64,000 nt of DNA, taken from positions 18,750-82,749 of the forward strand of contig VBOD01000108.1 in NCBI GenBank assembly GCA_005877615.1, given 5' to 3'. Position 1 is the first letter of the stretch, and the number at the start of each line of letters is the position of its first letter. The translations under genes were made by a program, and so were the position numbers. The DNA comes from Nitrospirota bacterium (GTDB lineage Bacteria > Nitrospirota > Nitrospiria > Nitrospirales > NS-4). The notes beneath the pieces are model-generated. The model ran no database searches. It worked only from the letters and a program-made list of their open reading frames with translations, and had not been told where the DNA came from. Of the stretch, positions 34,633 to 46,301 are shown piece by piece.

Positions 34633-35088
34633 CTACTTCTTCGCTGTGGCCTGTTGCGCCCGCACGTGCGCGACGGCGGCCCGCAGCCCCAGCGCATAGC
34701 TGTCAGGGCCGAACCCTGAGATCTGCCCGACCGCCACGCCGGCGATGTAGGAATGCTGCCGGAACTCCTCGCGCCGATAGAGATTGGAGAGGTGCACCTC
34801 GACGGTCGGCATGCCGACCGCCGCGATCGCGTCGCGCAGGGCGATGCTCGTGTGGGTGTACGCGCCGGGATTGATCACCAGCGCTTCGTACTGGCCCGCC
34901 GCTTTCTGAACCCACGCCACCAGATCGCCCTCGTCATTGGACTGATGGATCGTGAGGCCCGCTCCCAGCTCCTTCGCCAGCGCGTGCAGGTCGCGGTTGA
35001 TCCCGTCCAGCGTGACCGCCCCGTAGATGTGGGTTTCGCGGGAGCCCAGCAGGTTGAGGTTCGGCCCATGGAGGACCAGGATCTTCAC
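34633..35088 (-). CDS. aroQ: 3-dehydroquinate dehydratase, type II
   Basis: [35 protein letters not shown] and VEVHLSN. Confidence 0.95.
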   Translation of the reverse strand: MKILVLHGPNLNLLGSRETHIYGAVTLDGINRDLHALAKELGAGLTIHQSNDEGDLVAWVQKAAGQYEALVINPGAYTHTSIALRDAIAAVGMPTVEVHLSNLYRREEFRQHSYIAGVAVGQISGFGPDSYALGLRAAVAHVRAQQATAKK

Positions 35089-35906
35089 TTCCGGCGACGC
35101 TCCCGGATCACGGCGAGCCAGCCTTCCAGCCGGCGGATACGGGTCTTGCGCTTGGCCTGGTCCGAGGTCTCCTGTGATGCCTTCGCCGGGGCCTGACTGG
35201 CTCCCGCTCCTTCTTCCGCGAGCGCCATGATCTTCTCGTGCAACCGGCGATTGTCGGGCTCCTTGGCGGCAAGGCGGCGATAGACCTCCAAGCCTTTCTC
35301 ACGGTGCCCCTGCGAGATGTAGAGCTCGGCCAGGGTCTCGCTATCGGTGATGCCCCCGGGACCGTGACCGTACATGGCCAGCGAGAGCCCTTCTGCGGCA
35401 GCATCACTCGCGACGTGGTCCGCAACCGGGGACTTTGCCATGCGCACGGTCGGATGCATCTCTTTGGCCTTCGCGTCCGCCGCTTTGGCAGCCTCGTGCG
35501 TCTCGGCGTGCGTGGCCTTCTTGGCGTGGGCCGCCTTGGCTCCGCCGCCCTGCAATTCCTCGAGCAGATGGCCCATCTCACGGTCCTTGGGATTGGCGTG
35601 CAGGATGGTCTCGCAGGCCTTGATCGCCAACGCCGTATCCCCGAGCTCGTGATACACCTGCGCGAGCTTCCGGAAAGCGGCGAAGTTATCCGGCGCGGCC
35701 TTGATCACCTGCTCCAGCTCCACACGGGCCAGCGCAAGGTCCCCGGAGGTGCAATAGACTTCGCCCAGCATGACCCGGGCGCTGACCATCTTCGGGAACT
35801 TCTTCAGCCCCTGCTGGAGCACCTCAATGGCCTTGCCAAACTGTCCCGCGTCGACGAGTTCCTTGGCATGAGCCATGAAAGCGTGGGATGCTGATTCGCT
35901 TGCCAT
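35085..35906 (-). CDS. TPR repeat protein with His/Lys/Ala-rich linker and basic C-terminus
   Basis: Several 34-residue TPR-like units ([54 protein letters not shown]). Confidence 0.7.
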   Translation of the reverse strand: MASESASHAFMAHAKELVDAGQFGKAIEVLQQGLKKFPKMVSARVMLGEVYCTSGDLALARVELEQVIKAAPDNFAAFRKLAQVYHELGDTALAIKACETILHANPKDREMGHLLEELQGGGAKAAHAKKATHAETHEAAKAADAKAKEMHPTVRMAKSPVADHVASDAAAEGLSLAMYGHGPGGITDSETLAELYISQGHREKGLEVYRRLAAKEPDNRRLHEKIMALAEEGAGASQAPAKASQETSDQAKRKTRIRRLEGWLAVIRERRRK

Positions 35907-35957
35907 CAGGGACTCCCTTCTGTTCGCCTCCGAGTGATCTGTGCGAGGCTTCCCAGC

Positions 35958-37232
35958 CTACGGAAGAATGAGCACCGCGTCAAGAATTCGATGCGCCAGC
36001 TCATGCTTGGACATGAGCGGCAATGCCTCACAACGGCCCGCACGGTCCAGCAAGGTCGCGCGGTTCGTGTCCGTGCCGAACCCGGCTCCGGGCTCTGAGA
36101 CGTCGTTGGCGACGATCAGGTCCAGCGCCTTGTCGAGCAGCTTGCCTCTGGCGCGCGCGACCAGATCGCCCGTCTCGGCCGCGAACCCGACCACGAGCTG
36201 CCCGGCCCGTCGCGGCGGCAGGTCCTTCAAAATGTCCTTGGTCGGCTCCAGTGCCAGCGTCCGCACGTCGCGGCCTTTCGGTACCTTGCCCTGGGCCGGG
36301 CGCGCCGGCCGGAAATCGGCGACCGCCGCCGCCATGATCAGCACATCGGTGCCTGGGAAACGGGTGACGACTTCTTTACGCATCTCCTCGGACGTGACCA
36401 CCGAGACGTACGCGACGTTGGGAACGGGCGCAAGACTGGTCGGCCCCGCGACCAGGACGACGTCAGCGCCGCGATCCCGTGCGGCTTCCGCCAGCGCCCA
36501 GCCCATCTTCCCGGACGAGCGGTTCGACAGGAACCGCACCGGATCGAGCGGTTCCTGCGTGGGCCCGGCCGTGATGAGGACCCGCCGGCCGCGAAAGTCC
36601 TTGGCGCAGAGAGCCCCGAAGATCGCCGATAGGATGGCGTCCTCCTCGGGAAAGCGCCCCTGGCCGACCCGGCCCGACGCCAACGGCCCGACCTCCGGCT
36701 CCAGCACGGTGACCCCGCGCTGACGGAGCGTCCGCACGTTGGCGCAGACCGCCGGGTGGGTCCACATGCCGCCGTCCATGGCGGGAACCACCACCACCGG
36801 GCACTCCGCCGCAAGCACCAGCGTCGTGAGGAGATCGTCGGCGAGGCCATGCGCCAGCTTGGCGACGCAGTGAGCCGAGGCCGGCGCGATCGCGATCAGA
36901 TCGGCTCCGTCCGCGAGCGCAAGGTGCGGCATGACATTCACAGCGGGAGGGGGCCCCGCGGAACGCGCCCCTCCCGCACCCACCTCTCCGCTCGACGACG
37001 GAAACAGATCGGTGCCGACGGGGTGGCCCGTGAGCGCCTCAAAGGTCAGCGGTGCGACGAAGCGCTGCGCGGTGTGGGTCATGACCACGCGCACCGTCGC
37101 TCCTTCGGTCATCAGGCGGCGCGCCAGCGACGCCGCCTTGTAGGCGGCGATGCTGCCGGTCACTCCGAGCACGATGGTCTTCCCCGCCAAGCGCGCGGCA
37201 GGCGCGAGGGGGGTGCGTTTAGTCGTCTTCAC
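35958..37232 (-). CDS. coaBC: Bifunctional phosphopantothenoylcysteine decarboxylase / phosphopantothenate--cysteine ligase
   Basis: N-terminal flavoprotein domain (IVLGVTGSIAAYKA, PAMDGGMW) and C-terminal CoaB domain (ITAGPTQEPLDPVRFLSNRSSGKMG, AAAVADFRP). Confidence 0.9.
   Translation of the reverse strand: MKTTKRTPLAPAARLAGKTIVLGVTGSIAAYKAASLARRLMTEGATVRVVMTHTAQRFVAPLTFEALTGHPVGTDLFPSSSGEVGAGGARSAGPPPAVNVMPHLALADGADLIAIAPASAHCVAKLAHGLADDLLTTLVLAAECPVVVVPAMDGGMWTHPAVCANVRTLRQRGVTVLEPEVGPLASGRVGQGRFPEEDAILSAIFGALCAKDFRGRRVLITAGPTQEPLDPVRFLSNRSSGKMGWALAEAARDRGADVVLVAGPTSLAPVPNVAYVSVVTSEEMRKEVVTRFPGTDVLIMAAAVADFRPARPAQGKVPKGRDVRTLALEPTKDILKDLPPRRAGQLVVGFAAETGDLVARARGKLLDKALDLIVANDVSEPGAGFGTDTNRATLLDRAGRCEALPLMSKHELAHRILDAVLILP
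36942..36983 (-). repeat. In-frame GC-rich palindromic repeat element inside the coaBC flavoprotein domain
   Basis: Core at 36945-36983; on the minus strand it reads GTGGGTGCGGGAGGGGCGCGTTCCGCGGGGCCCCCTCCC. Translated as VGAGGARSAGPPP. Confidence 0.8.
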
Positions 37233-37578
37233 TCGCCTCCGCCGGCTTGGAGTCGTCCACGATGACGCTCAAGTCCTTCTTGATCTCGTTCGCGTCTTCA
37301 CCGCCCACGTGCGCCAGGGTCAGCCGTTCAAGCTCGCGCTCCCGTTGCTTGCGCGCTTCCTTCATGGCTTGGCGGGCCTCCTTCCCGACCAGGAACTTCA
37401 CCTTGCCCTTCAGCACCTCTTCGAGCGCCATCGTCGTCGGCTTGGTGTGCTTGGTCGCGATCGACGGCCGGGTGCCTTGCATGAACTGCCGGGCCCGCTG
37501 GGCCGCAATGATCACCAGCCGGCTCCGTGATTCGATCGGCAAGTCCTGATACTCGGGCATCAGCGATAACGTTTCCAT
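37219..37578 (-). CDS. rpoZ: DNA-directed RNA polymerase subunit omega (extended C-terminus)
   Basis: SRSRLVIIAAQRARQ core. Located between gmk and coaBC, as in many bacteria. Confidence 0.85.
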   Translation of the reverse strand: METLSLMPEYQDLPIESRSRLVIIAAQRARQFMQGTRPSIATKHTKPTTMALEEVLKGKVKFLVGKEARQAMKEARKQRERELERLTLAHVGGEDANEIKKDLSVIVDDSKPAEASEDD

Positions 37579-38240
37579 TAACGATCCTCCTGCGTTTCCC
37601 TTTCATTTACCATCAAGGCCTGTTCCACGGCGGATAGGTCCAGCAAGGCCGTCCGGCTGCGCTCGGCCAGCACGATGGCTTCGAGCTGCCGCACGGCAGA
37701 CTTAAAGTCTTCGTTGATGATTACGTAGGCATAGTCGCGATAATTCTTCACTTCATCCCGGGCCTTTTTCAGCCGTCTGGCGATCTCGTCCGGCGCGTCT
37801 CCTTTTCGGTCCTCCAGGCGCTGGCGCAGCACCTCTAGCGACGGCGGCAAGATATAGATCGACACCGCGTCCGGTTCGTGCCGCCGGATCTGCAAGGCCC
37901 CCTGGGTATCGATGTCGAGGAGGACGTCGATCCCCTGCGCGATCCATTCCTTGAGGGGGGCTCTGGGGGTCCCGTAGAGATGGCCGTAGACCTCGGCCCA
38001 CTCCAAAAAGGCGCCTTCCTTGATCATGTCCCGGAACGCGGCTTCCTCCACGAAGTGGTAATGCCGGTCCGCGATTTCCGCCGGACGCGGCTTGCGGGTG
38101 GTGTAGGAGACCGAGTAGCGCAAATCCGGCACCTGGCTGACGAGCTCCTGACACAGGGACGTCTTGCCGGCGCCGGAGGGAGCCGACACCACGAACAGGA
38201 TGCCCTGACGGCGCTTCACGATGGCGTCCTTATTCGACAT
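37578..38240 (-). CDS. gmk: Guanylate kinase
   Basis: GILFVVSAPSGAGKTSL, SVSYTTRKPRPAE and LEWAEVYGHLYGT. Confidence 0.95.
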   Translation of the reverse strand: MSNKDAIVKRRQGILFVVSAPSGAGKTSLCQELVSQVPDLRYSVSYTTRKPRPAEIADRHYHFVEEAAFRDMIKEGAFLEWAEVYGHLYGTPRAPLKEWIAQGIDVLLDIDTQGALQIRRHEPDAVSIYILPPSLEVLRQRLEDRKGDAPDEIARRLKKARDEVKNYRDYAYVIINEDFKSAVRQLEAIVLAERSRTALLDLSAVEQALMVNERETQEDR

Positions 38241-39123
38241 TCTGCACCTGCTCGCGGATCTTCTCGAGCTCCGCCTTCACAGCGACGACCTCCTGGGTCA
38301 CCACCGTGTCGCCGACCTTCGACCCGATGGTGTTGATCTCGCGGTTCATCTCCTGCAACAGGAAATCCAGGCTCCGCCCTACCGGCTCGGTCTTTCGGAG
38401 GAACGCCCGGAACTGGTCCAGATGGCTGTCCAAGCGGGTCAGCTCTTCGCTCACGTCGCTGCGATCGGCTAGGAGCGCCACCTCCTGCGCCAAACGGCTC
38501 TGATCCACGCTGTCCCTGCCCGCCCCCGCGCCCTCCAGGAGCCGTTTGACCCGTTCCTGCAAGCGCGCGGCGCGCTCGTCCACGATGGCTGGGAGTCGTT
38601 GGCGGATCGTGCGCAGGCGCCCTTCTACCTCCTGCAATCGCGCCAGGAGATCCCGCTCCAGCGTGCGGCCCTCATGGCGGCGCATCTGGTCGAGCGCCTT
38701 CAGCGCCCGGCCCAGCACGAGCTCCACCGCGCGGACCGCGCCCGGCTCTTCGGCCGCCAGCTCCGCCGGCCTGATGACGTCCCGGAAGCTGGCGAGCAGG
38801 GTCGCCTCCGGCGAGCCCTTGAGCCCGAGCTCCCGCTGCAACTCTTTCAGCAATGCGTGATAGCGGCGCGCGAGCGCCCGGTCCAGGACAATCCCGCGCC
38901 CGGGGTCCCGTTCGCCGCTGAAATTCACCGTCACATCCACGCGCCCGCGGGCCACCCGGCCCTGGACCAGGTCACGGATCCGGTCCTCATGGGCCTGCAA
39001 GGCGCGTGGCAGTTTGGCCATCACCTCGCTGTGCCGGTGGTTCACCGAGCGGACTTCCACGGTAATGGGCGTGCCCTTATGCCGTCCCTCAGCGCGCCCG
39101 TACCCCGTCATGCTCCGGATCAT
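38230..39123 (-). CDS. yicC: YicC family stress-induced protein
   Basis: MIRSMTGYGRAEG start (39123), VEVRSVNHRH and the C-terminal LDFLLQEMNREINTIGSK motif. Confidence 0.85.
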   Translation of the reverse strand: MIRSMTGYGRAEGRHKGTPITVEVRSVNHRHSEVMAKLPRALQAHEDRIRDLVQGRVARGRVDVTVNFSGERDPGRGIVLDRALARRYHALLKELQRELGLKGSPEATLLASFRDVIRPAELAAEEPGAVRAVELVLGRALKALDQMRRHEGRTLERDLLARLQEVEGRLRTIRQRLPAIVDERAARLQERVKRLLEGAGAGRDSVDQSRLAQEVALLADRSDVSEELTRLDSHLDQFRAFLRKTEPVGRSLDFLLQEMNREINTIGSKVGDTVVTQEVVAVKAELEKIREQVQNVE

Positions 39124-39800
39124 GCCGTCCGCTTTCCTTCCCACGGGCAGAGGTCGTACAGACGGCACTCATGGCACTTGGGCGCGCGCGCCTGACAGAT
39201 ATGCCGTCCGTGGAGCAGCAACTGATGCGAGGCCCTTGTCCAGATGCCCTTCGGCAACAGGCGCTGCAACGCGACTTCGATCTTCTCCGGATCGTCCGTG
39301 TCGACCAGGCCCAGCCGCTGCGTGACCCGTGTGACATGAGTGTCGACCACCACCCCGGGGACTCCGAAGCAGTTGCCCAGAATGACGTTGGCCGTCTTCC
39401 GCCCGACGCCCTGCAGAGTGACCAACTCCTCCATGGTCCGGGGCACTTCCCCGCCGAACCGGCTGACCAAGGCCTGGCCGGTCTTGATAAGGCTCCGGGC
39501 CTTCGCCTTGTAGAACCCGGTCGGTCGAATCTCCTCCTGTAGTCTGGCCGGGTCCGCCTCCGCGTAGTCCTTGGCCGTCTGATACCGGGCAAAGAGCCCC
39601 TTCGTCACCTGGTTCACCCGCTCATCCGTGCACTGGGCCGACAGGATGGTCGCCACCAGCAACTGGAGCGGTGTCTTGTAGTGAAGAGCCACCTGGGGGC
39701 TGGGAAACTCTTCATCCAGCAGCTTTAGGAGCCGGTCCGTGGTCCTCAATGGCTCCCCCTCGTCGAAACCTCCGCGGGACCGACGACCTAGGCCAAACAA
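39120..39800 (-). CDS. nth: Endonuclease III (DNA glycosylase/AP lyase)
   Basis: HhH-GPD region LVTLQGVGRKTANVILG..VVDTHV and Fe-S cluster C-x6-C-x2-C-x5-C (CQARAPKCHECRLYDLC). Confidence 0.9.
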   Translation of the reverse strand: MFGLGRRSRGGFDEGEPLRTTDRLLKLLDEEFPSPQVALHYKTPLQLLVATILSAQCTDERVNQVTKGLFARYQTAKDYAEADPARLQEEIRPTGFYKAKARSLIKTGQALVSRFGGEVPRTMEELVTLQGVGRKTANVILGNCFGVPGVVVDTHVTRVTQRLGLVDTDDPEKIEVALQRLLPKGIWTRASHQLLLHGRHICQARAPKCHECRLYDLCPWEGKRTA

Positions 39801-39887
39801 TTCATGACCGACCTACGTGAGAGTCACGAGACCGGGCGAGGCCATCTCCACGGAGGGACCCACAACCCTTGGAAAAGTGGGCCTATG

Positions 39888-41480
39888 CTAGCAGGAAAGG
39901 CCGGCCTGGGTCAAACTCCAGAGCTGCTTTTCGACCGCGTCCAGCAGGGGGATCAGCGTGTCGGGCCGCACGGCCGAGACCGCCAGCCCACCGAGGCGCG
40001 CGCTCACCACCGTAGCCTGTGCCGGGTCCACCAGGTCAGCCTTGTTCAGGACCAGCAGGCGCGGCAGGCGATCAAGCCCCAGCTCCCGTAGAATGTCCTC
40101 CACGACTGCCACCTGCCGCTCCAAGGTCGGGCTGCTCAGGTCCGCCACGTGCAGCAACAGGTCTGCGTCGTGCAGTTCCTCGAGCGTGGCGCGGAACGCG
40201 CCCATCAGCTCCTCGGGCAGATTCCGGATGAACCCGACCGTATCGGTCACGATCGCTTCCCGCTCCTCCGGAAAGCGCAGGCGACGGCTCGCCGTGTCCA
40301 GCGTCTCGAAGAGGCGGTTGTTCGCCGTCACCCGGCTGTGCGTCAGGACGTTCAGCAGCGTGGACTTGCCGGCGTTGGTGTAACCCACGATCGAGATGAT
40401 CGGCACCGCCCGACGCAGGCGCCGAGCCCGCTGCTGCATGCGGGTCCGCGCCAGCGCCTCCATCTGCTTCTCGAGATGGCTGATACGGTCCCGCACGCGG
40501 CGCCGATCCACTTCCAGTTTCGTCTCGCCGGGTCCGCGTCCGCCGATGCCCCCCGCCAACCTCGACATCGCCGTGCCGTGTCCGGTGAGGCGCGGCAGGA
40601 GGTACCGCAATTGCGCGAGCTCCACCTGCAGCTTGCCCTCACGGCTGTGCGCCCGCCGGCTGAAGATGTCGAGAATCAACTGGGTCCGGTCGATGACCTT
40701 CAAGTCGGTCACGGCGGCGATGGCCGTGGCCTGCGCGGGCGACAGATTCTGATCGAAGACGAGGTAGTCCACCCCGTGTTGCAAGGCCTTGATGACGACC
40801 TCCTTGAGCTTGCCACTGCCCAGCAGGTACTTGGGATGCAGCGCCTGAGGCCGCTGAACGACCGTGTCCAGCACCATGAGGCCGGCCGAGCGGGCCAGTT
40901 CGGCAAGCTCCGCCAGCGACTCTTCCTGATCCGCGTGGCTCTGCCGCGACACGCTGACCAAAATCGCCTGCTCTTGGAGGTTGTCCACGAGATGCACGGT
41001 GCGGGTCCGGCTCAGCTCCTCATCGAGAGCGCCGAGAAATTCGCTCAGGCGGACCTGGCAGTCCTGCGCGGCGACCGGCGACCAGACCTCGTAGGATTTG
41101 CCGGTCGGATTCGGCGGGAGGATGTTCGCCGCATACAGATGGCCTGGCTCGCCGTCGGCGCGCACGCCGAGGGCCGCGATCAGGTCCAAGCGCAGGAGCG
41201 CCAAGTCGGTCAGGTCGTCCTGACTCAACGGTTCGTCGCGCAGATGCGTGTGGATCAGCCGAATGCCGCGGAGCGATTGCCGGCCGAGGCGATAGTCCGA
41301 GAGGTCGGGCAAGACGACCTCTCGGTCGTTCCCGACGATGACGTCTTCGATCATGCCCCGACGATTGATGAGCAGGCCGATCTGGCGCCCGATCTCGCGG
41401 GAGAGCCCTGTGCAGAACCGGGCCAGCTCCCAGGAGATGATGGCATCTTCGGGCACCCGGCGGCGGTAGACATGCTCCAA
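39888..41480 (-). CDS. hflX: GTPase HflX
   Basis: HflX N-domain (LVFDQNLSPAQ, LQVELAQLRY) and G-domain (IVGYTNAGKSTL, DTVGFI, NKAD). Confidence 0.9.
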   Translation of the reverse strand: MEHVYRRRVPEDAIISWELARFCTGLSREIGRQIGLLINRRGMIEDVIVGNDREVVLPDLSDYRLGRQSLRGIRLIHTHLRDEPLSQDDLTDLALLRLDLIAALGVRADGEPGHLYAANILPPNPTGKSYEVWSPVAAQDCQVRLSEFLGALDEELSRTRTVHLVDNLQEQAILVSVSRQSHADQEESLAELAELARSAGLMVLDTVVQRPQALHPKYLLGSGKLKEVVIKALQHGVDYLVFDQNLSPAQATAIAAVTDLKVIDRTQLILDIFSRRAHSREGKLQVELAQLRYLLPRLTGHGTAMSRLAGGIGGRGPGETKLEVDRRRVRDRISHLEKQMEALARTRMQQRARRLRRAVPIISIVGYTNAGKSTLLNVLTHSRVTANNRLFETLDTASRRLRFPEEREAIVTDTVGFIRNLPEELMGAFRATLEELHDADLLLHVADLSSPTLERQVAVVEDILRELGLDRLPRLLVLNKADLVDPAQATVVSARLGGLAVSAVRPDTLIPLLDAVEKQLWSLTQAGLSC

Positions 41481-41555
41481 CCGCCTCAGTTGGTTGGGCT
41501 TGAGCCCCGTGAGATAACCGTGAGGAGAAGGAATCGGGCGCCCTCCTTGCGCTCG

Positions 41556-42560
41556 TCAGACTCCGATGACCCAGTCCGCTCGAGGTTCGAAGTCCAGTGA
41601 CGCGACACGACCTTCGCGCAACAGCCTCGCACCGGCTGCAGCGATCATGGCCCCGTTGTCGGTGCAATAGCGAACCGGGGGGATATGGACCGTGATCCCC
41701 TCGTCGCGCCCGCGCGCCTCGAAGCGCGCCCGGAGCTGCGAGTTGGCGGCCACGCCGCCGGTCACGACGACGTGGCGCACGCCGCAGCGTTTGGCGGCGG
41801 CCAGCGATTTCTCCACCAAGACGTCCACGATGGCCTGTTGGAACCCTGCCGCCACGTCCGGCACATGCCAGGAACGCTCCTCGGCCGCCCGATCCCGCAG
41901 GTAATACAGTAACGCGGTCTTGATGCCGCTGAAGCTGAAGTTGAGGTCCTCGCACGTCGGGTACGGACGGGGGAACGGCGCCCGCTCCGGGTCGCCCTCG
42001 CCCGCCAGCCGGTCAATCACGGGACCGCCGGGATAACCCAAGCCGAGCATCTTGGCGGCCTTGTCGAAGGCCTCCCCTGCCGCGTCGTCCAGCGTCCGTC
42101 CCAGTAGCTCCGGCTCGCCCCACGTTTTGACATGATAGAGATTCGTGTGGCCGCCCGAGGCGATCAACGCCACGAAGGGCGGGGCCACGGCTCCAGCGCC
42201 CAGGCCGGCCGCGCACAGATGGCCTTCCAGGTGATTGACGGGCAACAACGGTATCTGCAACGCGTAGGCCAAGGCCTTGCCGTAGGCGACTCCGACCAGC
42301 AGGGCGCCGATGAGTCCGGGGCCCCCGGTCACCGCGACCGCGCTCAGCTCGCGCGGGCCAATCCCCGCACTGGTCAAGGCCTCCCGCACGACCTGGTCGA
42401 TGGTCTCGATGTGGCGGCGGCCGGCCAATTCGGGCACCACGCCCCCGTAGCGGGCATGGGTCTCCACCTGCGAACGCACGACCTCGGCGAGCAGGGCGCC
42501 ATCCGCACGGGCGACGGCGACGGCGGTTTCGTCACAGGATGTCTCGATGCCCAGTATCAC
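41556..42560 (-). CDS. tsaD: tRNA N6-adenosine threonylcarbamoyltransferase
   Basis: ILGIETSCDETAVAV, GPGLIGALLVG, NHLEGH and VTGGVAAN. Confidence 0.95.
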   Translation of the reverse strand: MILGIETSCDETAVAVARADGALLAEVVRSQVETHARYGGVVPELAGRRHIETIDQVVREALTSAGIGPRELSAVAVTGGPGLIGALLVGVAYGKALAYALQIPLLPVNHLEGHLCAAGLGAGAVAPPFVALIASGGHTNLYHVKTWGEPELLGRTLDDAAGEAFDKAAKMLGLGYPGGPVIDRLAGEGDPERAPFPRPYPTCEDLNFSFSGIKTALLYYLRDRAAEERSWHVPDVAAGFQQAIVDVLVEKSLAAAKRCGVRHVVVTGGVAANSQLRARFEARGRDEGITVHIPPVRYCTDNGAMIAAAGARLLREGRVASLDFEPRADWVIGV

Positions 42561-42693
42561 GGAGGTGGCTCAGACAGGGCGGGGGAGACGGCGCAGTCCA
42601 CACAGCAGCGAACTGGGAGGCGTGGTCGCACTCAGAATCAACAGAGCGGAGCGGCCAACGGTGGGAACAAACCCGCGACGCCTGGCCGGCCGG

Positions 42694-45120
<2,427 letters not shown>

Positions 45121-45170
45121 CCTGTGTCTCCTCCAGGTGGGGCGGCCGTTCGTGGAGAATCCGTGATCGT

Positions 45171-45199
45171 ATTCTACCGGGTGATCGGGAGAGTGTCAA
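45171..45199 (-). promoter_or_regulatory. Near-consensus sigma70 promoter for clpC
   Basis: The minus strand reads TTGACA (45199-45194), a 17-nt spacer and TAGAAT (45176-45171). The leader is about 43 nt, with GGAGGA 8 nt before the ATG. Confidence 0.55.
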
Positions 45200-45437
45200 G
45201 GGCGCCCCCCGCGCGACCGCCGCCACACGCGTGCACACACCACAAAAATCACTGTAGGTACTACCCCGAAATCGTCTGCGTTGACAATCAATCGGCGCGG
45301 ATAGCCCGGATTATTCACGAATGTCGTAGCGAGGCGTTCGAGACCGAAGCCATGGCCCATTGCGACTTGAAGAGCAATGGGCAACCCCCGAGAGGATTGG
45401 GCGACATAGTAGATATTCATGAACAATCCAGGCTAAA

Positions 45438-46301
45438 ATGCCGCCCATGAAACGCATCGGCATCCTCGTCAAAGCGGAGTCGCCCGATACCAACCCTCTC
45501 TTGAAGGAGCTCGTCCCCTGGTTACGGGCTCGGGGCAAGGACCCACTGCTCGATCCGGCCACAGCCAAGCTCGCCGGGGAAACCGCTTCCTATCCCAAGA
45601 AGGACCTCGCCGCGCTCGCCGATATGCTGGTGGTCCTCGGCGGGGATGGCACCATGCTGGCGGCGGCCCGCCTCGTCGAGGACCGTCCCATCCCAATCTT
45701 GGGCGTCAACACCGGGGGGCTGGGCTTCCTCACCGCAGTCACGCGCGACGCGCTCTTCAAGGCGTTAGAACAGGTGTTCGCCAATGCCTTCGCGGAAGAG
45801 GAACGCCTCATGCTGCGGTCCCGCATCGTCCGGATGGGCAAGGAGATCGCCGCGGCCTCCGTGCTGAATGACGTGGCGCTCAGTAAGGGCGCGTTGTCCC
45901 ACATGGTCCAACTGGAGATCTCCATCAATGGCCAATTCGTCACGGGATTGCGGGGCGACGGGCTCATCATCTCGACTCCAACCGGTTCGACGGCGTATTC
46001 CATGGCCGCAGGCGGGCCGATCCTCAACCCCGCCGTCCACGCGCTGATCCTCACCCCCATCAGTCCCCACACCCTCACCAACCGTCCGATTGTCATCCCC
46101 CAAGAGGCGCACGTCGAGGTGGTGCTGGTCAGCAAAGACGAGGGCGCCATGGTGACGTTCGACGGGCAGGCCGGCATCACGCTCCAGCCCCGCGACCTGA
46201 TCGAGGTCCGCGCGTCGGAGAAGAAGACACGGCTGATCCGCTTCGCGGACCGCACCTACTACGATATGTTGCGCAACAAACTGAAGTGGGGGGAGAGCTA
46301 A
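45438..46301 (+). CDS. nadK: NAD kinase
   Basis: VVLGGDGTML, GVNTGGLGFL and ISTPTGSTAYSMAAGGP. The true start may be the second ATG at 45447 (MKRIGILV). Confidence 0.9.
   Translation: MPPMKRIGILVKAESPDTNPLLKELVPWLRARGKDPLLDPATAKLAGETASYPKKDLAALADMLVVLGGDGTMLAAARLVEDRPIPILGVNTGGLGFLTAVTRDALFKALEQVFANAFAEEERLMLRSRIVRMGKEIAAASVLNDVALSKGALSHMVQLEISINGQFVTGLRGDGLIISTPTGSTAYSMAAGGPILNPAVHALILTPISPHTLTNRPIVIPQEAHVEVVLVSKDEGAMVTFDGQAGITLQPRDLIEVRASEKKTRLIRFADRTYYDMLRNKLKWGES

Noticed and set aside
45354-45381. A 9-bp hairpin, GCCCATTGC-10 nt-GCAATGGGC, lies in the clpC/nadK divergent region and could be an sRNA terminator or an operator.
   Set aside because: There is no U-tract on either strand, no recognisable operator (CtsR or CIRCE) consensus and no second copy in the window. 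The evidence for any function is insufficient.
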